Assembly: GCA_964421865.1 (NCBI GenBank)
Contig: CAYQZH010000005.1
Span: 1 to 46,630, forward strand
Direction: 5' to 3'
DNA from: an uncultured Phycisphaera sp.
Lineage (GTDB): Bacteria; Planctomycetota; Phycisphaerae; UBA1845
DNA length: 46,630 nt
Position 1 is the stretch's first letter; each line of letters begins with the position of its first letter. The notes below the pieces were generated by a model. It saw only the letters and a list, made by a program, of their open reading frames with translations. It was not told the origin of the DNA and ran no database searches. The position numbers were made by a program, and so were the translations under genes. Below, piece after piece: positions 9,373-19,747 of the stretch.

Positions 9373-11944
9373 ACGGATTCCGCAGGAGGCTTGGCCCGCT
9401 GCGGGCGACCCCGATTTGTCCAACTTCGGCTTCGATCGACCGGACGAGGAGTGGCTGAGCCGGGTTCGGGAAGTCGAGCGGCCCATCCTGGTTGGTACCA
9501 TCGGTTCCTTCGAGTTGGTGGAGGAGGTCAGCCGCGGCGCGCAGGGCGTGGTGTTCCGCGCGCGACAGCCGAACACCGGGCGCGCCGTCGCCCTCAAGCG
9601 TCTGCTGAGCGGGTCGTTCGCCACGGAGGCCATGCGTGCGCGCTTCCATCGCGAGATGGAAGCTGCCGTTGCCCTGCACCATCCGTCCATCGTCAGCGTG
9701 TACGGGATGGAAATCGTCGACGGGCAACCCGTGCTGGCCATGGAATGGATCGACGGGGAGCCGATCGACCGCTGGGCCGACAGGTCGGGAATGGGTCGAC
9801 GCCCATCGCCCGACCTGCTGGGTATGTTTCTCAAACTCTGCGACGCCGTCCAACATGCGCATCAGCGCGGCGTGATCCATCGCGATCTGAAACCATCTAA
9901 CATTCTGGTGGAGCCGTCGGGCGAGCCGCACGTCCTCGATTTCGGTCTGGCGAAACTGGTCGGCCCGGCGGACGGCGGTGCGGCGGAGTTGACCCGCACG
10001 CAGGATTTCCTGGGTACGCCCGCGTACGCCGCCCCGGAGCAGGTCCGCGGCGAACACGAAGCCGTCGACGTGCGGACCGACGTTTACGCCTTGGGCGTCA
10101 TTCTCTACCAGGTGTTGACGGGCCGCCGTCCGTTTAGCTGCACAACCAATCTTCCGCAACTCCTCGACTCCATCCAGCACACGGAAGCGGATCGGCCGTC
10201 GTCGATCGAACCGACCCTCGATGACGAGATCGACGCTATTGTTCTCAAAGCGATGGCCAAGGAACCGCAGCGACGTTACCAGACCGTCGACGCCTTCGCC
10301 GCCGATATACGCCGATATCTTGCCGGCGATCCGATCGACGCCCAACGCGGTCGCCGAGGATACGTGCTTCGAAAGACCTTGCAGCGCTACAAGTTTCTCG
10401 CCTTGGCGGTGGCGGGATTCATGGTCGTGCTTACGGCGTCGGCGATTGCGCTTTCGGTCATGTACGCACGGCAGAGCGGATTGCTCGGCGCGGTGACGCA
10501 GGCGCGCGATGCGGAGACGCGTGCCCGGCGGCACGCACAAAAGCAGCAAACCACGCTGCAGCACATTCTGACGGCTGTGTCGGAGATCGGAAAGGGAGCC
10601 GACCTTCCACTCCGTCGGGCGTTGCTCGACGACGCCGCAAGGGAGGTCCAAGCCGAGCTCGCCGACGAGCCGGAGGCCAAGGCGGCGGCGTTGGATGCGA
10701 TCGGGCGAACGTATCAGACCCTGGGAATCTACGATCAGGCGGAACCGTACCTGCGCTCGGCCCTGAGTATGCGGCAAGCCCTCTTCGGGGCTGAGCATCT
10801 CGACGTGGCCGCCAGCTTGAACAACCTGGGGGAGCTGCTTCTCGATACCACCAAGTTCCGCGAGAGCGAGCCGTTCCTGCGCGAGGCGCTGACCATCCGC
10901 CAACGACTCCTGGGCGGTGAGAATCGTGCCAGCGACGCGATCGCCGAAAGTCTGAACAACGTCGGGTTGGTCATGCAGGGAAAACATGACTACGAAGCCG
11001 CGGAGGCGCTGCATCGGGCCGCACTCGCACAATATCGTCAACTCCACGGGGCAGAGAGCCCCGGAATCGCGACCAGTCTAAACTGGGTCGGGTGTTCGCT
11101 CGCCAACCGAGGCGCGTTTCGTGAGGCTGAGCAGATTTTCCGGGACGTCCTCGCCATGCAGCGTCGCCTGCACGGCGATGCGCATCGCGAGACGGCGGAG
11201 AGCAAGATCGCCCTGGCCAAGGCGCTCCACCTCCGCGGAGACTATGCTGGCGCGGAACCGCTATTCCGCGAGGCGATCGCCACCTACCGCGAATTGTTGG
11301 GCGATGAGCATGACAACGTCGCATGGGGCCTGCACCGGCTGGGCGTGCTCCTGCACGCCCAGGGTCGATATGCCGAAGCGGAAAGCCATTTGCGTGCGTC
11401 GCTGGCGATCTATCGAAAGTGTCTCGGCGACAATGACCCTTATGTGTCGTTCGTTCTGGACAGCCTTGGAACCCTCCTGATGGATCAAGGGGACTTCGCC
11501 GGTGCTGAGCCGCTGTTCAACGAGTCCGTGGCGATCTGGCGGGCTCGACACGGGCCGGAGAGTGCCGCGGTCGCATGGAAGTTGAACCGACTGGGGGAGC
11601 TTCGTTGGGCTCAGGGTGATTTCGAGGCCGCCGAACCATTGCTCCGTGGTGCACTGACGAATCGCACCCTGTTCGCGGGGTTCGAACACGTCTATCTCAT
11701 CCGCAGTCTGCACGGCCTGGGGGCGCTGCTGACGAACAACGACGAGTACGTGGAGGCGGAAGGGTTTTACCGCGAGGCCCTGGAGTTGCAGCGTAGTCAG
11801 TTCGGGGCCAAACACCCGGATGTACGGAAAACGGTCCAGCGTCTGATCGATCTGTATGACGCCTGGGGCGACTCGCAGAAAGCCGATGAGTTTCGCACGA
11901 TGCAGGAGGCCATCGCGGTGCCGCCCGAAAACGAAACCCCGTAG
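9365..11944 (+). CDS. Membrane Ser/Thr protein kinase with C-terminal TPR repeats
   Basis: VALK, HRDLKPSN, DFG and APE motifs; one hydrophobic segment; ~42-aa TPR repeats. Confidence 0.95.
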   Translation: MHRRIPQEAWPAAGDPDLSNFGFDRPDEEWLSRVREVERPILVGTIGSFELVEEVSRGAQGVVFRARQPNTGRAVALKRLLSGSFATEAMRARFHREMEAAVALHHPSIVSVYGMEIVDGQPVLAMEWIDGEPIDRWADRSGMGRRPSPDLLGMFLKLCDAVQHAHQRGVIHRDLKPSNILVEPSGEPHVLDFGLAKLVGPADGGAAELTRTQDFLGTPAYAAPEQVRGEHEAVDVRTDVYALGVILYQVLTGRRPFSCTTNLPQLLDSIQHTEADRPSSIEPTLDDEIDAIVLKAMAKEPQRRYQTVDAFAADIRRYLAGDPIDAQRGRRGYVLRKTLQRYKFLALAVAGFMVVLTASAIALSVMYARQSGLLGAVTQARDAETRARRHAQKQQTTLQHILTAVSEIGKGADLPLRRALLDDAAREVQAELADEPEAKAAALDAIGRTYQTLGIYDQAEPYLRSALSMRQALFGAEHLDVAASLNNLGELLLDTTKFRESEPFLREALTIRQRLLGGENRASDAIAESLNNVGLVMQGKHDYEAAEALHRAALAQYRQLHGAESPGIATSLNWVGCSLANRGAFREAEQIFRDVLAMQRRLHGDAHRETAESKIALAKALHLRGDYAGAEPLFREAIATYRELLGDEHDNVAWGLHRLGVLLHAQGRYAEAESHLRASLAIYRKCLGDNDPYVSFVLDSLGTLLMDQGDFAGAEPLFNESVAIWRARHGPESAAVAWKLNRLGELRWAQGDFEAAEPLLRGALTNRTLFAGFEHVYLIRSLHGLGALLTNNDEYVEAEGFYREALELQRSQFGAKHPDVRKTVQRLIDLYDAWGDSQKADEFRTMQEAIAVPPENETP

Positions 11945-12437
11945 GGGCGAAGGTCGAGCAAGCGCTGCCGCACGCGCTGCGTCACGAGACCGATCGCCTG
12001 CGTCCGAAATGGTCGGCGCGGCGGCGCCGTCGGTCGCTTGACGATGAGGGCGCGGCGGATGGCGACAGCGACGCACGGAGCCCTCCTGCGGCCGCTGCCG
12101 TCCACGCCACGGTGTTGGGGATCGGCGGCGTTGACGTTCGGGTCGCCGGCCTGGCCGCGGAGGGAGGGCCAGACGAGCAAGAGGAATTCCCGTCCAGCTG
12201 CGCGGGGGTTCTTCCAGAGGCTTTTGGGGGGGAAGAACTGCATGGTCCATGTGCGGCCATGCGGTGGCGGGGGTGAGTTTCCAAGTCCGGGGGAGGGAAA
12301 CGGAGTCTTCGGCTGTTCCGCTTGGCCTCGAGGCGTGCGGAATGCAAACCCCGGGCCCTTTGGGGCCACCGAGGTGGCGAGCGAATCGGGGAACCGGGCG
12401 GATGTTCGCCCCGGGGCGATGGCGCCACCGACGCTGG

Positions 12438-12527
12438 CGAGCGTCGCTCCAAAACAATAGGGATGCGAAGCGTTAGGCTCGAAAGGGCGTAGATTTAGGC
12501 GTCGCGTTCAGCGCTTTCATAAACCGC
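12438..12527 (+). repeat. ~90-bp dispersed site, copy C
   Basis: CGAGCGTCGCTCCAAAAC...TCGAAA...GATTTA...GCGCTTTCATAAACCGC aligns without gaps to 941-1030 and 19748-19837. Confidence 0.7.
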
Positions 12528-12604
12528 TGATTTTAGGGTTAGACGGTTGATCATCTTCGCCAGGATTCGGGCGCTGACGGATGGGGTGGCAACTCCTTTC
12601 CGAT

Positions 12605-12631
12605 GCGTAAGAACATGCTGTTGATCACCGT
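12605..12631 (+). promoter_or_regulatory. Candidate ECF promoter GCGTAAG-N16-CCGT for rightward cargo operon
   Basis: Matches 8629-8655 (minus) in both boxes and spacing. Confidence 0.35.
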
Positions 12632-12902
12632 CCAGGGGCCGGGCAGGCGAAGGTCGAGGTAGGCCCGGAAGCGCCTGGAATGGTCGATTCCGTGGTCTGG
12701 GACCAGCGAAACGGGCCACCAGAGCCGCAGAATGACGACCCAGCGATCCGGGATCCTCACGGACGCTCTGGAATCGAAGAGGCTGAATCCGTATGATGGG
12801 GGTTCGATCGCTTGGGCACACGCCATTGGGGGATCTCGCCTTGGGCCGCATCGCCCAAGGCATGCCACGGAGGAGCCTCGTCGGCTCGACGGAGGGCGAA
12901 AC

Positions 12903-15900
12903 ATGCGCGTCGTCCGGCAACTAGTAACAACAATAATGCTATTGGCATGTGCCTTGTCTTGGACGCTTCCAGCGGCAGGCGGCCCGGTTCTCGGCGACTG
13001 GGATCAGGACGCCGACCGCGATCTGGCGGACTTTGCTCAACTGACGAACTGCCAGTCGATGGCACACCCATCGGATGCGCCGGCGTGTGGGGCATTCAAA
13101 TTCTCACCGGGCACGCAGATCAGCGCGCTTGACTTCCGGTTGTTCACCTGTGGCTTCAACGGGCCGGGCGTTCCCGTTAGCGCGGTCACGGTGGGCCCGC
13201 AGCCCTCGCCAACCACGGAGCTCAATGTGACGCTGACCGGGACGACCGCCGGCGCCATGCTCGTCCAAGTCACGGGTGGCGTGCAGTCCGTCACGGTCCC
13301 GACCAGCGGTTGCGACTATGCCGCGTTTGTACAGCTCCGACCCAACGTCGTGAACCACTTGTTCGTCACCGGCATCTTTGGCGACGGCATCGCGAGCGCG
13401 CCGATTCCGGCTTCGATCACGCACGACAAGCAAGCCCCCGGCCTGTTCATCGATTTTCCAGCAGCCAACGCCGAGATCACAGCCCCAACTACGGACGTAG
13501 CTGGGCGCGTCGGCGACACGCTGAGCGGGTTCGCCGGTCTGACCGTTACGGTCGCCGTGAACAACGGGCCGCCCGTACCCGCCGCCGTCGAGATCGGTAT
13601 CGGCACCAACGGGACCTTCTTCGTTCCGCAGTCGTCGCTCGATGTCGGTGCGAACACGATCACCGCGGTTGCCCGAGACGCGGTGGGGAACTCCGCACAA
13701 AGGCAGACCAGCGTCACGCGCGTCGAGATACCGCCCGACGCCGCGGTGATTGAGCTCCTTTCGGGAAACGGACAGTCTGCCCCGATCGACGCTCCGCTGC
13801 CCGATCCGATCGTGGTGCAGGTGACCAACATGAGGGGCGGGCCTCTCCAGGGCAAGCTGGTCAACTTCAACGTCATACGCAGTGACGGGCGCTTGGCGGC
13901 TAGTGCAGCCGAATTGACAGGTCACGGCAACAGGGTGCTGCAGGTCTTTACTGATGCGGAGGGCGTCGCGAAGGCGTTTTGGCGGGTCGGCAGTGATGCC
14001 GGATGCGGCAACAACCGCGTCGAGGTCACCTCGACCGACGTGGTCGGCACGACCTTCTTTTGCGCCTCGGCGACGCATGGCCCGGCGGCGCAGATCAACG
14101 TCGGGTCCGGCAACAACCAACATGCGGAGGCAGGCGGTGAAGCGCCCGAGCCGCTGATCGCCTGGGTCAACGACGCCTGCAACCCGGTAAGAGGAATCCC
14201 CGTCACGTTCACCGTGATTCAGGGTGGCGGGAAGGTCAACGGATCGGGCGCGGCAACGTTGGATACCGATCTTACCGGCCATGCCGAGGTCCGATTTACG
14301 CTTGGAGAAGTCAGCGGGAACAACGTCATCGAAGCCACTTTCCCCGGCAACCCCAATCCGTCCGCTATTTTCACGGTAGTCGGTTTGGTTCGCGACGAAA
14401 GCAGGCCCACGCGCTTCGCGGGGCTGGTACTCGACAACGCCGGCCAGCCCATCCAAGGAGCTACCTGTGCACTCAGCTTGGGCGAGATCACTTTGCCCGC
14501 CGTCCTCTCGGACCTGAACGGTCAGTTCCAGTTCGACGATGTGCCCGGCTCGGGTCCGGCGGATCTCCGCGTGAACGGCGCCACCGCGACACGTGTCGGT
14601 GGGGCAGGCGGGACCGTGGTTCCGGCCAACTCCTTCCCCTTCTTGCACTACACCACGTTGATCGTACCGCACGCCTCGAATTCGTTGCCGACGCCGGTTC
14701 TGCTGCCTCGTCTCGATCCCGCCAACGTTCGGTCCTACAGCCGGACTCAGGACACCGAGCTGACCGTTGCGGGCATCGCGGGCCTGAAGATGATCGTGAA
14801 GGCCGGGTCGATGAGCGGCCTCGTCGGCGGGCAGCTCGTGCCCGCGCCCGACGGCATTCCGATCTACCTCAACCAGGTGCACCATGATGACATTCCGATG
14901 CCGCTGCCCGACGGCGCCGCGCCGCCGTTCGCCTGGACGCTGCAGCCCGCCGGGGCGCATTTCGACCCGCCCGTGAAAATAATCTATCCGAACATGTCCG
15001 GCCTGCCCGCCGGAGCGATCGCCAACTTCCTGAGCTTCAACCACGACACCTTCCGGTTCGAGATCGTCGCCAGCGGACATGTCACCGATGACGGGCAGTG
15101 CATCGAAAGCGATCCCGGTGTGGGCATCACCACGGCCGGCTGGGGCTGCAACTGCCCGCCCTATGCCGTCACCGGTGATTGCTGCAAATGCAACGCACCT
15201 TGTCAACGGTGCCTGATTGGGGTGTGCGTGCCGACCGGAAACGGGAGTCCCTGCGGCGGCGGATGCTGCGCCGAGGGCCAATCCTGTTGCGAGGGAAACT
15301 GCATCGATGCGCGAAACATTTGCTGCGACAACGGGGTGGAATTCTTCCCCGGATTTCCACAGTGTTGCGGCGAGGGGTGTTGCATAGCGGACGGCGTATG
15401 CTGCGACGACGAATGTCAGCTTCCAGGCTCGACGTGTTGCTTTGCGGGTCTTGTTTGCAGCCCACCGACGCCGCAGTGCTGCGGACAGCGGTGCTGCGAC
15501 GCCGACGAAGTGTGCTGCGACGGGACCTGCTTTCTCGAGGGGAGTATATGTTGCGCTAGTGGCGGCGCGTGTCGGTCCCCGAACTCGGTTTGCTGCGGCG
15601 GCTTTTGTCTTCCTGCGGGGTCCGTGTGTTGTCCTGACGGTAGCTCTTGTCCAGCCACAAATCCGGTGTGCTGCGGCGACTTTTGTCTTCCTGCGGAGCT
15701 AGTGTGTTGTCCTGACGGTAGCTCTTGTCCAGCCACGAGGCCGGTGTGCTGCGGAGACGGCTGCTGCAGCGCCGGCAACGTGTGTTGCTACGGCATATGT
15801 CTTATTCCGGGCGCCATCTGTTGCCCCGGAGTTCTCCTCATTTGCCCCTACTTCGCCCCGCAGTGCTGCGGGAACAACTGCTGTTGCCGCTTGGGCGAAA

Positions 15901-15959
15901 TGTGTTGCATAGACGGAGAGGCCTGCTCGTGTGTGCCCACGGGTCAGCCTTGCCCTTGA
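12903..15959 (+). CDS. Secreted protein: N-terminal dockerin-like motif, Ig-like (SGNGQ/SGNNQ) and carboxypeptidase-regulatory-like domains, Cys-rich C-terminus
   Basis: GGAGG RBS before ATG 12903, signal peptide, DWDQDADRDLADF, and ~270-aa CC-repeat tail. Confidence 0.85.
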   Translation: MRVVRQLVTTIMLLACALSWTLPAAGGPVLGDWDQDADRDLADFAQLTNCQSMAHPSDAPACGAFKFSPGTQISALDFRLFTCGFNGPGVPVSAVTVGPQPSPTTELNVTLTGTTAGAMLVQVTGGVQSVTVPTSGCDYAAFVQLRPNVVNHLFVTGIFGDGIASAPIPASITHDKQAPGLFIDFPAANAEITAPTTDVAGRVGDTLSGFAGLTVTVAVNNGPPVPAAVEIGIGTNGTFFVPQSSLDVGANTITAVARDAVGNSAQRQTSVTRVEIPPDAAVIELLSGNGQSAPIDAPLPDPIVVQVTNMRGGPLQGKLVNFNVIRSDGRLAASAAELTGHGNRVLQVFTDAEGVAKAFWRVGSDAGCGNNRVEVTSTDVVGTTFFCASATHGPAAQINVGSGNNQHAEAGGEAPEPLIAWVNDACNPVRGIPVTFTVIQGGGKVNGSGAATLDTDLTGHAEVRFTLGEVSGNNVIEATFPGNPNPSAIFTVVGLVRDESRPTRFAGLVLDNAGQPIQGATCALSLGEITLPAVLSDLNGQFQFDDVPGSGPADLRVNGATATRVGGAGGTVVPANSFPFLHYTTLIVPHASNSLPTPVLLPRLDPANVRSYSRTQDTELTVAGIAGLKMIVKAGSMSGLVGGQLVPAPDGIPIYLNQVHHDDIPMPLPDGAAPPFAWTLQPAGAHFDPPVKIIYPNMSGLPAGAIANFLSFNHDTFRFEIVASGHVTDDGQCIESDPGVGITTAGWGCNCPPYAVTGDCCKCNAPCQRCLIGVCVPTGNGSPCGGGCCAEGQSCCEGNCIDARNICCDNGVEFFPGFPQCCGEGCCIADGVCCDDECQLPGSTCCFAGLVCSPPTPQCCGQRCCDADEVCCDGTCFLEGSICCASGGACRSPNSVCCGGFCLPAGSVCCPDGSSCPATNPVCCGDFCLPAELVCCPDGSSCPATRPVCCGDGCCSAGNVCCYGICLIPGAICCPGVLLICPYFAPQCCGNNCCCRLGEMCCIDGEACSCVPTGQPCP
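15591..15754 (+). repeat. 78-bp tandem repeat (2 copies plus start of a third) in Cys-rich tail
   Basis: Units start 15591, 15669 and 15747, encoding CCGxFCLPAxxVCCPDGSSCPATxPV. Confidence 0.9.
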
Positions 15960-15975
15960 TCTGGAAGCGACGACG

Positions 15976-18900
15976 ATGAAACCTGCTTGGACGATATGGG
16001 CGGTCATGTTGGTAGCCGCGGCGCGCGCCGATCGCGTGAATGCGCAGCAACTCAACGATTCCTGCACGGTGACGGTGAACGGGCAGACCGTGCAAGTCAA
16101 TTCCGACGGGACATTCGTGATCCCCAACGTCGCCGCGGCGGACCTGTTCGGACCCGGCGGACCGGGGACGGTACCCGATTTCCTGAGCGATGATTTTCTC
16201 CGCGTGGTGGGCACCTGCACCAGCGGCGGGCAGCCGGTGTATGTCACGAGCGAGTGTTTCCGCATTCGACGGGGCCAGTCCTTTCAGGTTGGTGAATTGA
16301 CGTTCAGTACCGTTCCGCCGCAGGGTCTGGCCGCCGTCCGCGCGGCCCCGGGTGAGCCCACGTTGACCACGGTCGGTCAACAGACACCCATCAACCTGAC
16401 CGGCTTCTACATCGACGGGTCAAGCGGGCCGCTCGATCCCAACCTGCACTGCCCGGCGACGTTCCGAACGAGCAATCCAAGGGTCGTGACGGTCGCGCCG
16501 GACCTGAACAACCCGCAGACGGGCGTGGCCACGGCTCGCGGCGCAGGCACGGCCCTCATCACCGCCTCCGTCGAGGGCGCCACGTCGGTGACCTCCATTA
16601 CCGTTTCCCTGGGCGATCCGCTCACCACCGTCACCGGGATCGTGCAAACGACGGACGGTGACCTAGTCGATGGGGCGGTCGTCCGCTTCCTGGTCAACGG
16701 GGTGGTGATCAGCGGAACCGCCGTTACCGGGGGGCCGGGTCAAGCGCCCGGACAATTCACCGCGACAGGTGTGGCCTCTCAACTTGGTCCCATCTCCGCC
16801 TACGCGGAGGCGACGGTGAGTGCGGTGCTACGGTCGGGCGTGAGCCTCTCAAAGATTCCCGTGCCCGGCGGATTCACCGACGCCGGATTGATCACCCTCG
16901 ACGACAGGGTCTTCTGGATTACGAACGCCAGCGGCCTCTGGCAGTCCGGCGCAAACTGGAGCGGCGGCGCTCCGCCGAGACCCACACAAACCGCCCTCAT
17001 CGACGTGCCCGCGGACATCACCGTCACACACTCGCTGCTCGGCACCAGCTCCATCGCCAGCCTGCGATCGGAGGAGAACTTCTCGCTGGTTCAGGGCACG
17101 CTCTCGCTGGCCGAGGCTTCCTTCGTCAACGGACGGTTCTCACAAAGCAACAGTTCCCTCGGAGGCGCTGGAACACTAGCGGTCAACGATCTCTACACCT
17201 GGACGAGCGGTACGATGGGGATTGGTGCGACAGGTGGCGGGACGACGCTGCTCAATAGCGGGATGACCCTCGCCGGAACCCTCACCAAGCAGTTGATCGG
17301 CCGCACGCTCACCAACGCCAACAACGGCGTGATCCGTTGGACTGCCGGGGTGCTGTTTTTCAGTCAGGGCTCGGTGTTCAACAATGAAACCGGGTCGACG
17401 TTCGACATTCAGACCGACGCCGGGACCGGCGCTTCCGGCACGATCTCTACGTTCAACAACGCCGGGACCGTTCGCAAGTCCGCGGGAAGCGGCGTGGCCA
17501 TTCTCAGCGGCATCAACTTCAACAACAGCGGCACGGTCGCGGTCGAGACCGGAACCCTTCGGGTCGGCGGCGGAAGCAGTTCGGGCAGCTTCACGGTCTC
17601 TCCCGGCGCGACGATGGAGTTTTCACCCTTCAACAATTTGCCGCACGCGATCACGGGCCAGGTCACGATTCCGGTCGGCGCCACCCTGCGCTTCGCCGGC
17701 TTCACCACCAACGTCAACGGCCCGACGGCAATCGCCGGGGCGATCGTGGCGACCGAAGGCGCAGTGGCGAACTTCAACGCCGTTGCCTCCGCGGGCGTGT
17801 CGGCGTCATCGATTTCGCTTAACGGCGTAGTGGCCCCCACCGTCACCTTCGCCGCACCCGTGACCACCGCCGCCGTTACGCAAAGTTCGGGCGTCCTCGG
17901 CGGCGCTGGTACGTTGACGGTCAGTGGTCCTTATAACTGGACGGGCGGCACGATGGGCGTCGGCGCCAACGGCGGCGGCACGACGCTCTTGAATGGCGGC
18001 ATGACCCTCGCCGGAACGCTCACCAAGCAGTTGACCGCGCGAACGCTGACCAACACCAACAACGGCGTGATCCGGTGGACTGCCGGGGTGCTGTCCTTCA
18101 GTCAAGGCTCGGTGCTAGACAATCAAACGGGATCGACATTCGACATTCAGACCGACGCCGGGACCGGCGCTTCCGGCACGATCTCTACGTTCAACAACGC
18201 CGGGACCGTTCGCAAGTCCGCGGGAAGCGGCGTGGCCATTCTCAGCGGCGTCAACTTCAACAATAGCGGGACGGTCGCGGTTGAGACCGGATCATTGCGG
18301 ATCGGAAACGGAAGCAGTTCGGGAAGTTTCGTGGTCTCTCCGGGTGCGACAATCGACGTATCGCCCTCCGGTGGTGCGGGTCACACGATTACGGGGGACG
18401 TGACGATTCCACTCGGCGCTACGCTGAGGTTCGCCGGTTTCGGTTCAACCACCAACGTCAACGGCCCGACCACAGTCGCGGGTGCGATCGTGGCCACCGG
18501 CGGCGCGACTGTGAACTTCAACGCTGGCGCTTCCGCGGGTGTCTTGGCATCATCGATCCTGCTTTCCGACCTAAACCCCCCCGCGGGCACAAACTTGAAC
18601 GCCGCCGGCGCCGTCACCACCACCGCCTTCACCCAGAGCGCCGGAACTCTCGGCGGACCCGGGACGCTCACCGTCAACGGTCCCTACACCTGGACGGGCG
18701 GCACGATGGGGGTCGCTGCTTCAGGCGGGACCACGCTGCTCAACGGTGGAATGACCCTCGCCGGAACGCTCACCAAGCAGTTGACCGCGCGAACGCTGAC
18801 CAACACCAACAACGGCGTGATCCGGTGGACTGCCGGGGTGCTGTCCTTCAGTCAAGGCTCGGTGTTAAACAATGAAACCGGGGCGACGTTCGACATACAG

Positions 18901-19563
18901 ACCGACGCGGACACAATCGGTTCCGGTGCCGTCTCGACGTTCAACAACTCGGGCACCCTCCGCAAGTCCGCCGGAAGCGCCACGACCTCGCTGGCCGGTG
19001 CGAACTTCATCAATTCCGGCGTCGTCGAAGTCATGACCGGTACACTGGATTTTCCGAACGTGACCTACACGCAATCGTCGGGCGACACAATCCTCTTGGG
19101 TGGTGCAGTCAGCAAAACCGGCAGCGTCATACAGATCAATGGCGGAACGATCGGACTCGGTGCTGCCACGTCGTCGGGTACGATTACCGGCAGCGTCACG
19201 TGTGGCGGCTCCCCGGGCGGGACCGTTACGCCGCGCCCAGGCGCTGCCGGCACGCTGACGATTTCGGGGACCTACACACAGAACGCCGGCGGCACGCTGG
19301 ACATCGAGCTGGGCGGCACGTCGCCAGGCAGCAGCTATGACCAACTGGTCGTCGGTACGGCCGCACTCGGCGGCACGCTCCAGCTCACACTGATCAACGC
19401 CTTCACCCCGACCGTCGGGCAGCAGTTCACGATCCTGACGGCTGGCAGCCTCAGCGGGACGTTCTCAACGGTCACGCTGACCAACTTCCCGGCCAACCGC
19501 GGCGTCAATGTAAGCTACAACAGCCCAACCGGCACCGTGACCGTCATGATCACCGGGCCGTGA
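15976..19563 (+). CDS. Secreted Ig-like + beta-helix (autotransporter-passenger-like) repeat protein without beta-barrel
   Basis: Signal peptide MKPAWTIWAVMLVAAARA, QQLNDSCTVTVNG N-domain, Big-2-like segment, three ~245-aa G/T/N-rich repeats. Confidence 0.85.
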   Translation: MKPAWTIWAVMLVAAARADRVNAQQLNDSCTVTVNGQTVQVNSDGTFVIPNVAAADLFGPGGPGTVPDFLSDDFLRVVGTCTSGGQPVYVTSECFRIRRGQSFQVGELTFSTVPPQGLAAVRAAPGEPTLTTVGQQTPINLTGFYIDGSSGPLDPNLHCPATFRTSNPRVVTVAPDLNNPQTGVATARGAGTALITASVEGATSVTSITVSLGDPLTTVTGIVQTTDGDLVDGAVVRFLVNGVVISGTAVTGGPGQAPGQFTATGVASQLGPISAYAEATVSAVLRSGVSLSKIPVPGGFTDAGLITLDDRVFWITNASGLWQSGANWSGGAPPRPTQTALIDVPADITVTHSLLGTSSIASLRSEENFSLVQGTLSLAEASFVNGRFSQSNSSLGGAGTLAVNDLYTWTSGTMGIGATGGGTTLLNSGMTLAGTLTKQLIGRTLTNANNGVIRWTAGVLFFSQGSVFNNETGSTFDIQTDAGTGASGTISTFNNAGTVRKSAGSGVAILSGINFNNSGTVAVETGTLRVGGGSSSGSFTVSPGATMEFSPFNNLPHAITGQVTIPVGATLRFAGFTTNVNGPTAIAGAIVATEGAVANFNAVASAGVSASSISLNGVVAPTVTFAAPVTTAAVTQSSGVLGGAGTLTVSGPYNWTGGTMGVGANGGGTTLLNGGMTLAGTLTKQLTARTLTNTNNGVIRWTAGVLSFSQGSVLDNQTGSTFDIQTDAGTGASGTISTFNNAGTVRKSAGSGVAILSGVNFNNSGTVAVETGSLRIGNGSSSGSFVVSPGATIDVSPSGGAGHTITGDVTIPLGATLRFAGFGSTTNVNGPTTVAGAIVATGGATVNFNAGASAGVLASSILLSDLNPPAGTNLNAAGAVTTTAFTQSAGTLGGPGTLTVNGPYTWTGGTMGVAASGGTTLLNGGMTLAGTLTKQLTARTLTNTNNGVIRWTAGVLSFSQGSVLNNETGATFDIQTDADTIGSGAVSTFNNSGTLRKSAGSATTSLAGANFINSGVVEVMTGTLDFPNVTYTQSSGDTILLGGAVSKTGSVIQINGGTIGLGAATSSGTITGSVTCGGSPGGTVTPRPGAAGTLTISGTYTQNAGGTLDIELGGTSPGSSYDQLVVGTAALGGTLQLTLINAFTPTVGQQFTILTAGSLSGTFSTVTLTNFPANRGVNVSYNSPTGTVTVMITGP
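17150..19030 (+). repeat. Three internal ~740-750-bp repeats in beta-helix gene
   Basis: ATGACCCTCGCCGGAAC blocks at 17263, 18001 and 18751; 18001-18114 is identical to 18751-18864. Confidence 0.9.
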
Positions 19564-19747
19564 GAACAGCGACCAGTCGTCAGTGACTGGGGCCTGTCTG
19601 ACGAATCGTTTTGGGGCATCGTGCTGGCATTTCAGGGCATCGGAGACTCGAAGCAATCAGGATGAAGGTCTCACCCGTGTCGGCGCGGAATGTTTCGCCA
19701 AGTCCGTGCAAGTCTCAGGAGTTGCGCCAGGGTCTCCTGAGAATACG

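Noticed and set aside
9329-11047. Long antisense ORFs (also 4471-6042, 13104-15281, 29432-30823, 45752-46405)
   Set aside because: Shadow frames of well-supported genes in GC-rich DNA.
11950-12440. Possible small gene or relic after the first kinase
   Set aside because: No frame gives a recognisable protein or clear RBS.
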